From an uncultured bacterium (GTDB lineage: Bacteria > Patescibacteriota > Saccharimonadia > UBA4664): 64,000 nucleotides of DNA. The notes under the pieces were generated by a model that saw only the letters and a program-made list of their open reading frames with translations, ran no database searches and was not told where the DNA came from. Position 1 is the first letter of the stretch; every line of letters starts with the position of its first letter. Location: NCBI GenBank assembly GCA_963740635.1, contig CAVUEQ010000001.1, positions 145,026-209,025 of the forward strand, given 5' to 3'. The translations under genes and the position numbers were made by a program. Shown here piece by piece: positions 26,262 through 33,691 of the stretch.

Positions 26262-27354
26262 CGATCTCGAGCTGCTGTACGTGGGCCAGGCCGGCGGCAT
26301 GGAGGCCAAGATTGTGGCGGCTTCGGGCTTGAAATTCGCGCCGATCGCGGCGGGTAAGTTCCGGCGCAACCACTTTGACTCGGGCCTCAGCAAGGTCTTT
26401 AACTTAACTACTCTCGGCCCGAATGCCCGTGACAGCCTTAAGACCGTTCAGGGCGTGGGCCAGGCATTAACGATCCTGCGCAGCTTCAAGCCGGATGTGG
26501 TGTTTTTGAAGGGTGGTTTCGTGTGCCTGCCGGTGGGGTGTGCTGCCAAAATGCTGGGCATACCGTTTGTGATCCACGAATCTGACGCCACGCCGGGGCT
26601 GACGAACCGGATACTGAGCCGTTGGGCGGACAAAATTGCGGTTGGGTTTCCGGTGAAGGCCTACCGCATGCTCGACCCGGCCAAGCTGGTGTACGTGGGT
26701 AACCCGGCGCGCGCGGATATTTCGGCCAGTCACCGGCTGGAGGGCCTGGCGCATTTTGATTTGGACGAAAGTGTGCCCGTGGTCTTGATTACCGGCGGCT
26801 CCCAGGGCGCGGCGCAAATTAATAACATTGTGCTCGGGGCGCTGCCGGAGCTGGTGGCCGATTACCAGATTATCCACCAAACCGGCGACCGGGAGATCGC
26901 CCGGATCCAGTTTGAATTGCGCGGGCATATGAAAGAGCCGCATATGGATCGCTACCATCCGTTTGGTTTTCTCATGGGCGATATGGGCCTGGCGCTGGCC
27001 GCGGCCGATTTGGTCGTGGGCCGGGCCGGCGTGAACACTATTAACGATTCAGCCATTCTGGGGAGGCCAACCATATTGATCCCGAACACCGAAATGGCCG
27101 GCCACCAGGTGGAGAACGCCAAGGTGCTGTCGCGGCAGGGGGCGGTGCGGGTGCTGGACGGGGATAAGCTGACTCCGGCCGGGCTGGTGGCCGAGATCAA
27201 GGCGGTTTTGGGTGACGATGCCGAGCAAGCCCGGTTGTCGGCGGCTATCCGGAAGTTTGGCCGGCCGGACGCGGCTGAGGCTCTGGCCAAGCTCATTGCG
27301 GAACGGGCGCAAGCCCATAGCAAACAAAAACCGAACACTGAGGACGACGAGTGA
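26176..27354 (+). CDS. murG: UDP-GlcNAc:lipid I N-acetylglucosaminyltransferase MurG
   Basis: N-terminal G-loop SGGGSAGHILP, then ITGGSQGA and GRAGVNTI. AAGAGAGG RBS. Confidence 0.9.
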   Translation: MRVVVSGGGSAGHILPTLATSDALKSLDSDLELLYVGQAGGMEAKIVAASGLKFAPIAAGKFRRNHFDSGLSKVFNLTTLGPNARDSLKTVQGVGQALTILRSFKPDVVFLKGGFVCLPVGCAAKMLGIPFVIHESDATPGLTNRILSRWADKIAVGFPVKAYRMLDPAKLVYVGNPARADISASHRLEGLAHFDLDESVPVVLITGGSQGAAQINNIVLGALPELVADYQIIHQTGDREIARIQFELRGHMKEPHMDRYHPFGFLMGDMGLALAAADLVVGRAGVNTINDSAILGRPTILIPNTEMAGHQVENAKVLSRQGAVRVLDGDKLTPAGLVAEIKAVLGDDAEQARLSAAIRKFGRPDAAEALAKLIAERAQAHSKQKPNTEDDE

Positions 27355-28157
27355 GCGAGCGCCGGGTACACGTTTCGGGCCGTCCGACCTACGGCCGGGT
27401 GCAGCCACCCGGCCGGCCGCCGAGAAGACCCGGCATGAAGCGGGGGAGTATGTCGCCGCTGCAGCGCCGGCTTCTGGTGGTGGTTGTGGTGATGGCGCTG
27501 GCGGGGTGGGGGATAGGGCAGTTGTTCGCGCTGCGTACCGTGGCCGTGCAGGCGCCCTCGCGGAAAGCCGAAATCGAATCCGAGGCCCGCAAGGTGGCAG
27601 CCAGCAATTGGCAATGGGGGAACCTGGTGACGTTTGATAATGGGGCATTCGTGTCAAAATTACAACAGGCCGACCCCTTGCTGCGCAACGTGACCGTGAG
27701 GCGGAAATGGTTGCATACGATCGTGGTGACAGCCGTTCTCAAACAGCCGAGTTTGGGTTGGAGCACCGGCAACGTTACCTACGTGCTCGACCGGGACGGG
27801 ACGGTGATAGGGCAGGGGGGAGCCACGCCGGGCTTGCCGGTGGTATACGACGGCAGTAACCTGCCGGTCCAGCTTGGGCAGCGGGCGGCGAACGAACATT
27901 TTGTGGGGTTTGTGACGCAGATTATGCCGGCCCTGGCGGCGCAGGGGATAGGGGTAACCCGCCTGGATATCAAGGAAACCACGCTCGATCTTACAGCCAC
28001 GACCAACAAGGGCTACCGGTTGCTGTTTGACACCGGCCGGGACGCTCAGGAGGAGGTGGGTGACTTGGCGGCCGTACAACGGTTGCTGGTGAGCCAAAAG
28101 CGCACTCCGGCCGAATACATCGACCTGCGCATCGCCGGCAAGGCCTACTATAAATAG
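27351..28157 (+). CDS. ftsQ: cell division protein FtsQ (POTRA domain)
   Basis: Basic N-terminus, one TM, a POTRA-like segment (LRTVAVQAPSRKAEIESEARK...) and a beta-rich C-domain. GTGA overlap with murG. Confidence 0.75.
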   Translation: MSERRVHVSGRPTYGRVQPPGRPPRRPGMKRGSMSPLQRRLLVVVVVMALAGWGIGQLFALRTVAVQAPSRKAEIESEARKVAASNWQWGNLVTFDNGAFVSKLQQADPLLRNVTVRRKWLHTIVVTAVLKQPSLGWSTGNVTYVLDRDGTVIGQGGATPGLPVVYDGSNLPVQLGQRAANEHFVGFVTQIMPALAAQGIGVTRLDIKETTLDLTATTNKGYRLLFDTGRDAQEEVGDLAAVQRLLVSQKRTPAEYIDLRIAGKAYYK

Positions 28158-28569
28158 CCTCAGAGTCTCCCACTCTCCCCTGATTAAGTTCGGTTTTTGT
28201 ACCACCTGTTTTGAGGAAGTTTTCGCACGGGTGCACGCCGGGGATTTTCGGGAAAAAATATCTATGGATAATAGGGTGAAGCGCGCAAAAAATGAAATTT
28301 ATGAATATCCGGGTTTAAACCGGTTTTGGTGCTAAAACGACGATTTAGCTGGTTTAGGCCGTAAAATATACATTGTGCGACACTGCTATTTATTGCTCTG
28401 AGATGACTACTTCTACCTCTACTTTGGGCTTTGTGGAGCCTAGAAGAGCTTGTAAGGTCATGAATTGCTTGCCACTTCTCGCGGTTATGCACGTATCGTG
28501 ATTAGCTATCACGTGATTAGTAATCAGCTGATAGCTAAAACGGCGCAAATGAAGTCTGGACACTTCCGT

Positions 28570-31425
28570 TTAGCGGAAGCTAATTGGCTGGCCGGGTTCA
28601 ATCGGATTTGGCGCGGTCTGTGTGCGGTGTACGGCCGGCTCACGCGTTTCTGCGGGCGCCTGAGGCGCCGAAGGGCGGTAGGGGACGCCCGGCTCGGGGT
28701 TTCGGGTGGCTCTCCCCTCGCCTCCCCGATGGTCGGGGCGGTCTCCCCCGCCTGGACGTCCGCCTCCGCCGCGGTTGTCACGGCCGCTTCCCTGCTCGAA
28801 GCGGCGGCCGCTCCCTTGTTCGCTTGGCCTATCCCCTGCCCGGCGCTCGGGTGGGTGGAAATCTCGGCGGGGGTTAGCCGGTGCAGAGGGATTCTTGAGC
28901 GCGTTGAGTAAGTCTTTGTTCGGTCTTTGTTCAGGCTGACCGGCGCCGACCGCCCGGTTGCCCTCATCATGGGCGCCGGCGGTGCGGCTGCGGATATCGG
29001 CATCTACCAGGTCGCGGGTACTGGCCAGCTTCTCGCGCGTCATTTGGACGATACTGGCCGTGAGGTCGTTTTCGGGATCGGGCATGCGCAGGGTGCTGGC
29101 GGAGAAGGGCGGGGCCTTCTCGCCGTCGATGATCATGGAGATGAAGATGTTTTGGTTGTGGAGCTTGGTAAGGTCGATAGCTTCAAAGACCGGCTCGTAG
29201 TATTTGCCGAGTACTGTGGCGTCGTTGGGACCGATGCGGAAGCTCACCATAGTGCCGACGTTGCCGAAGACGGCGTCGCGGACCACTTCGGGCATCTGGG
29301 AGACGTACTGGTTCGCCACGGTGAGGTTGAGGCCGTACTTGCGGGCCTCAGACAGGATGACGGCGAACGAGTCGGTGGCAAAATTCTGGAACTCGTCGAC
29401 GTAGAGGTAGAAGGGGCGGCGGTCTTCGAGGGGCATGTCGGCGCGGGACATGGCTGCCAGCTGGATCTTGGTGACCATGAGCGCGCCCAGGATGGCGGCG
29501 TTGTCTTCCCCGACCTGGCCGCGGCTGAGGTTGACGAGCAGGATTTTGCCTTCGTCCATGATTTGGCGGATGTTGAAGGCCGATTTCTTCTGGCCGACGA
29601 TGTTGCGCACCAGCGGGTTGGCCACGAACGCGCCCACCTTGTTGAGCACCGGAGCAACGGCTTCGGAGGCGAATTTCTCGTTCCAGCTGGCAAACTCAGT
29701 CACCCAGAAGCTCTTGACGATCGGGTCTTGGATGTGGGAGATTACCTCTTTGCGGAAGGTTTTTTCGTTGAGCATGCGCGGGATGTCGAGCATGGTGGCC
29801 CCTTCGTAGTCGAGCAGGCCGAGGATGGTGTAGCGCAAGATGTACTCCAGCCGGGGTCCCCAGGAGTCGAACATGCGCTTGAGTACGCCCACGAGCTCGG
29901 AGCTGATATGGTCTTTCATGGCTGGGTCTGTCATCTCCATGGGATTGAAAGCCATTGGGAATTCGCGGTCGGCCGGGTTGAGGTAGACCACATCGTTTAG
30001 GCGGTGTTCGGGGATGTACTTCATGATATCGGTCGCGAAATCGCCGTGCGGGTCGACGATGGCGAAGCCCACGTCGTGGTAAATGTCGGAGAGCGTCAGT
30101 AGTTGGAGCAAGAATGACTTACCGGCGCCGGTTTGGCCGATGATGTACATGTGCCGGCCGCGGTCGCGGCGCTTAATGCCGAACTTGAGGTGACGGCCGC
30201 GGAAGTTGGTGAGGCCAAACAGGCTGATGTCGCCCGGCTCGCTGATGCCCTCCACGGGGATATTTGAGGGCGGCTCGGAGGTTTTGGCGGTGGTCCAGAC
30301 CATGTTGGGCGTTTCCACCGACTTGTGCGGCAGGTGGTACAGGCTGGCGAGCTCTTCGATGTTGAGAATGTAGCCGCTGTCGAAGAACAGGCGGGCTTGG
30401 TAATCGCCCAGGAACTCCTTGGAGTTGTACATTTTGGCGTTGGTGAAACCGTTGAGGTTGGTGGTATTGAACTGCTTGAAGCCGCCGACGATGGCTTGCA
30501 GGCGCTGGCGGGCGGAGGGCTCGTCGGGGCCGAGGTAGGCGATGCGGATTTTGACCTCGTAACCGAGTTTGGTGATCTTCTCTTCCACGGCCTTCATAAC
30601 GGCTTGCTGACCGGTGCCGAGCTCCACTTTACCGGCATTGGGCTTTTCTTTGGCGCTCGGAGGCTGGAAGAGGGCCAGGAAGAAATTGCTGACGATGTAG
30701 GCCGGCAGCTCGAGCAGGCCTTTGCTAAACAGGGAGCCGAGCCCGCCGGTGCTAGTCCCCCCTTTGATGGCTTCCACGTAGCGTTTACCTTCGTCTTGCC
30801 AGGTGTCGTCGGTAGGCCGGGCCAGGATTTGGATCCAGACCTCCTCCCCCGTTTGCTCGAGCTTGGCCAGTACGCCGGTGATGCCGGCCAGCGGGTCGAC
30901 CTCGAAGCTGGCGAAGGTCTTGATGGGCAGGTGCGTGTCTTTGGTGAGGCCGAGTTCGGTGCCGTAGATGGTGCGGTCGGCGACCTCCACGGCGGCATAG
31001 TCCAGCGGCCCCTCCTTGATCTGGACGGTCGGGTACTGGGCATACACCTGGCTTTCCACGAAGTCCTTGAGGTGCTTGGGTGTCCAGATATAGAACTGGA
31101 TCGAATTGAGCTTGGAGACAATTTCGAAGCTGATGTGTTCCTGGACGGAGCCTTCGCGGTTGAGCTCGGACTTGGGACGCAAAATGCCGTGCAGCGAAGC
31201 AAACATCTGCTCTGCCGACAGCTCTTTTTTCTCGTTGTCTTTGGGGACTTCGATTAGCAGCAGGATATTTTCGGTGGTGCCAAGCCAGCGTTCCCGGCGG
31301 CGGTTTTGCCAAAACAGGTAACCGAGTACGGCTACCACTATCACCCACCCGTAAAAACGAAACATCACCAGACCGATGATCTGGAAGATCGCCGTGATGG
31401 GGCTGAGAAGTGTTTGGATGTTCAT
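28570..31425 (-). CDS. membrane-anchored TraD/VirD4/FtsK-HerA-type P-loop ATPase with a large unknown N-domain and an RG-rich tail (951 aa)
   Basis: N-terminal hydrophobic hairpin (ITAIFQIIGLVMFRFYGWVIVVAVLGYLF). About 380 aa are unassigned. Walker A YIIGQTGAGKSF (about 30115-30141). Walker B FYLYVDEFQNF (about 29383-29412). The C-terminal roughly 130 aa are low-complexity R/G/P-rich. Confidence 0.8.
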   Translation of the reverse strand: MNIQTLLSPITAIFQIIGLVMFRFYGWVIVVAVLGYLFWQNRRRERWLGTTENILLLIEVPKDNEKKELSAEQMFASLHGILRPKSELNREGSVQEHISFEIVSKLNSIQFYIWTPKHLKDFVESQVYAQYPTVQIKEGPLDYAAVEVADRTIYGTELGLTKDTHLPIKTFASFEVDPLAGITGVLAKLEQTGEEVWIQILARPTDDTWQDEGKRYVEAIKGGTSTGGLGSLFSKGLLELPAYIVSNFFLALFQPPSAKEKPNAGKVELGTGQQAVMKAVEEKITKLGYEVKIRIAYLGPDEPSARQRLQAIVGGFKQFNTTNLNGFTNAKMYNSKEFLGDYQARLFFDSGYILNIEELASLYHLPHKSVETPNMVWTTAKTSEPPSNIPVEGISEPGDISLFGLTNFRGRHLKFGIKRRDRGRHMYIIGQTGAGKSFLLQLLTLSDIYHDVGFAIVDPHGDFATDIMKYIPEHRLNDVVYLNPADREFPMAFNPMEMTDPAMKDHISSELVGVLKRMFDSWGPRLEYILRYTILGLLDYEGATMLDIPRMLNEKTFRKEVISHIQDPIVKSFWVTEFASWNEKFASEAVAPVLNKVGAFVANPLVRNIVGQKKSAFNIRQIMDEGKILLVNLSRGQVGEDNAAILGALMVTKIQLAAMSRADMPLEDRRPFYLYVDEFQNFATDSFAVILSEARKYGLNLTVANQYVSQMPEVVRDAVFGNVGTMVSFRIGPNDATVLGKYYEPVFEAIDLTKLHNQNIFISMIIDGEKAPPFSASTLRMPDPENDLTASIVQMTREKLASTRDLVDADIRSRTAGAHDEGNRAVGAGQPEQRPNKDLLNALKNPSAPANPRRDFHPPERRAGDRPSEQGSGRRFEQGSGRDNRGGGGRPGGGDRPDHRGGEGRATRNPEPGVPYRPSAPQAPAETREPAVHRTQTAPNPIEPGQPISFR

Positions 31426-31447
31426 GCTGTGGGCGCCCTCTGGTACA

Positions 31448-31475
31448 ATTTTACCCCTGCGGGAGGTTTGGACAA
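31448..31475 (-). promoter_or_regulatory. candidate promoter of the ATPase gene (TTGTCC-16-TAAAAT)
   Basis: Minus strand TTGTCC at 31475-31470 and TAAAAT at 31453-31448, 22 nt upstream of the ATG at 31425. Confidence 0.35.
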
Positions 31476-31547
31476 AATTTACTTTTAATGAGTGACTTCC
31501 GCGGCATTAGCCGGAGCGCATCATATTCTGGTACTATGGCGTTTTTT

Positions 31548-31588
31548 AGATCATATATGGTATTAGGCAGATATCATATAAGGTATTA
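31548..31588. repeat. two direct copies of an AT-rich ~18-bp motif (AGAT(AT)CATATA(A/T)GGTATTA)
   Basis: AGATCATATATGGTATTA (31548-31565) and AGATATCATATAAGGTATTA (31569-31588). A partial third copy, CATCATATTCTGG, is at 31519-31531. Confidence 0.8.
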
Positions 31589-31669
31589 AAAACGCTATGC
31601 ACTCGGGACACGGCATCCCGCCGGGATGGTACGCCCGGGGAGATTACCTCGTTTGCTTATAAGTAAAAG

Positions 31670-32704
31670 CTAATCTTTAAGCTTGTACGTCGCTTTGGCC
31701 GTGCGCTGGAACTGGTCCTTTTCCTGGAGGTTGAGGATGATGGTGGTGGTTTTGACCTGGCGCTTCAGGAGGACGCGGCGGACGATTTCGTCTTTGTGGA
31801 GCGGCTGCTCCTCGCGCAGTACGCTGGCAATAATCTCGGCGACGGTGCCGGGGGTGTAGCCCCACTCGGCGAGGGCATAAATGCCGCGGCCAATGAGGAT
31901 GAAGCGGGCGTCCTTGATGAGCTCGTTGTGGACAGCCTGCACGGTGACATTGCGCTTCGTGACACCGAGGCCTCGCACGTGCTTGGCGATCTCGGAGAAA
32001 TGCAGCGGGCGGCCGTGGCGGCTGAGCACCAGGTAGGTCTTGTCGCGAATGCTCTTGGGATTGACCTCCGGCCAGCTGATAAGGCCCCACTTGCCGTCGA
32101 AGTAAGCCAGCTTCTTGGAGATGCGCATGAGTTGCTCGATGGTGGCGCCGTCGAGCTCGGAGGGCAGCTTAACCTTCAGCTTGGCCAGAGTGATCGGCTT
32201 GGCGTAGTCTTTGACGGTCTTGATGATCTCGGTGAGGAGCTGGCTGACTTGGCTGCGGGAGTAAATCTGGGCGAGGCCGATGGCCTGGCGGACGTCGTCG
32301 TCCTCCTCGATGAGGTCAACGTTGGGGCTAAGCAAAGCCAGAAACACGATGTAAGGAATGTCGGTTTCGGGGGCGCCGAGGATTTCGGCCACGTCGGCTA
32401 CCGGCAAGATGCCGCCTTCGGCCGCGGCAATTTCGCGCAGTAACTCGCCGGCGCCGGCGATTTCGGCCGCGCCGGAAGCACGCATTTTCGTGATGGCAGC
32501 CTTCTCGATTTGGCGGACGCGTTCCCGGGTGATTTCGAAGTCACTCCCGATTTTTTCGAGAGTGAGGCGGCGGGTCAAACCAAAGCCAAACCGGCGGGCA
32601 ATTATCTGCCGGTCGCGGTCGCGCCGCAACTCGGTAAGTATTTGCTCAACGGCTGCTTTGTAGTCGTATTTAATTGGGGTCTTCGTGGTCATAACATTAG
32701 TCAT
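31670..32704 (-). CDS. sigma-70 region-4-like HTH protein fused to HARE-HTH-like domains (344 aa)
   Basis: RDRQIIARRFGFGLTRRLTLEKIGSDFEITRERVRQIEKAAITKMR matches sigma region 4. The C-terminal half (TYLVLSRHGRPLHFSEIAKHV...GRGIYALAEWGY) resembles HARE-HTH. Start taken at the ATG at 32704. Confidence 0.7.
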   Translation of the reverse strand: MTNVMTTKTPIKYDYKAAVEQILTELRRDRDRQIIARRFGFGLTRRLTLEKIGSDFEITRERVRQIEKAAITKMRASGAAEIAGAGELLREIAAAEGGILPVADVAEILGAPETDIPYIVFLALLSPNVDLIEEDDDVRQAIGLAQIYSRSQVSQLLTEIIKTVKDYAKPITLAKLKVKLPSELDGATIEQLMRISKKLAYFDGKWGLISWPEVNPKSIRDKTYLVLSRHGRPLHFSEIAKHVRGLGVTKRNVTVQAVHNELIKDARFILIGRGIYALAEWGYTPGTVAEIIASVLREEQPLHKDEIVRRVLLKRQVKTTTIILNLQEKDQFQRTAKATYKLKD

Positions 32705-32711
32705 CGTAGAG

Positions 32712-32740
32712 ATTATAAAACATATGATATGCAGTGTCAA
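32712..32740 (-). promoter_or_regulatory. perfect consensus sigma70 promoter (TTGACA-17-TATAAT) 7 nt before the ATG
   Basis: Minus strand TTGACA at 32740-32735, 17 nt spacer, TATAAT at 32717-32712, then CTCTACG and ATG at 32704. Confidence 0.6.
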
Positions 32741-32842
32741 CACATATTGTATTGCGACGAGTGTCGCCCTTGAGGGCGAAAAGACCTCCACATATTATAA
32801 TATTTGGCGACACATGTAAATAGCAGTCGCGCTATTTTTTGG

Positions 32843-33691
32843 TCAGGAGCTCAAATCTGGCGTTTGGGCGCCGGCTATGACCTGGTTGGCGTGCAGCCAA
32901 GCGCCGACTGTGCCGGTGTCGAGGTACTGCCCTTTCGCCTTGTAAACCAGGATATCTTCACTTTGGGCGGCGTCGGTAAGGGCATCCGTGATGTATTTCT
33001 CAGTGTTTTCGGGGCGGGGTTCGACCTTGGCAACCATCTGCTGCAAGGCCGGACTGAGAATATATTTGGATATATTGGCGAGATTTGAAGGGGCCTCCCC
33101 TACCGCCGGTTTTTCGGCGATGGCCGACAGGTAGTCGCGGGTGCCGCGGCGGCGGACATCGAGGGCGGCCAAGCGGCTGATGGTGGCGTCGTCGAGCTCG
33201 GTGGTCATGAGCGCACTGGTGGCTTCGGAATTGGCGAACGCGGCGAAAAAGGGCTCAAACACGCTGGCGCCGTGGTTCCAGATAAAATCATCGCCCGAGC
33301 AAACCACAACCGGCCGGTCGTTGGAGATGTGGCGCAGGCCGGCCCAGGCTCCGGCGGCTGTGCCGTAACCGTCTTCAGGGGTTTGCGCTACAAATTCAAA
33401 CTTGGCTTGGTAATGGATTCGCTGCAGGGCGGCGAGCTCCGTGGTTTTGCCCAGGCGCTTGAGAGTGTCCTCATATCCGGGGTTACCCGCGTAATAATCC
33501 TGGAGGCCGGTTTGATCCGGCCGGACCACGAACACTATGCGCTCAATGCCGGCAGCTATCAGATCGGCCACGACGTAGTCGACTACCGGCCGGTTGAGCA
33601 CCGGCAGCAGCTCTTTTTGGACAGCGCTGGTGACCGGTAGCAACCGGGTGCCGGTGCCGGCGGCCAGAATGACGGCGGTTGTGGGCTTCAT
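32843..33691 (-). CDS. sugar-phosphate nucleotidyltransferase (GalU/UTP-glucose-1-phosphate uridylyltransferase-like)
   Basis: N-terminal AVILAAGTGTRLLPVTSAVQKELLPV (GxGTRxxP...K) signature. Confidence 0.75.
   Translation of the reverse strand: MKPTTAVILAAGTGTRLLPVTSAVQKELLPVLNRPVVDYVVADLIAAGIERIVFVVRPDQTGLQDYYAGNPGYEDTLKRLGKTTELAALQRIHYQAKFEFVAQTPEDGYGTAAGAWAGLRHISNDRPVVVCSGDDFIWNHGASVFEPFFAAFANSEATSALMTTELDDATISRLAALDVRRRGTRDYLSAIAEKPAVGEAPSNLANISKYILSPALQQMVAKVEPRPENTEKYITDALTDAAQSEDILVYKAKGQYLDTGTVGAWLHANQVIAGAQTPDLSS

Noticed and set aside
28262-28492. 76-aa minus-strand ORF in the AT-rich gap, and the 62-aa ORF at 37248-37436
   Set aside because: No RBS, atypical composition for this genome, and they are embedded in regions better explained as terminator and promoter DNA. 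They are kept only as part of the intergenic-island observations.
28927-30000. 357-aa plus-strand ORF inside the ATPase gene
   Set aside because: It is antisense to the Walker A/B region of the 951-aa gene. It is Gly/Val/Asp/Ala-rich with no motifs, which makes it a GC-rich shadow ORF. The same applies to 39101-40594, 35232-36149, 51181-52212, 57745-58845 and 60653-61576.
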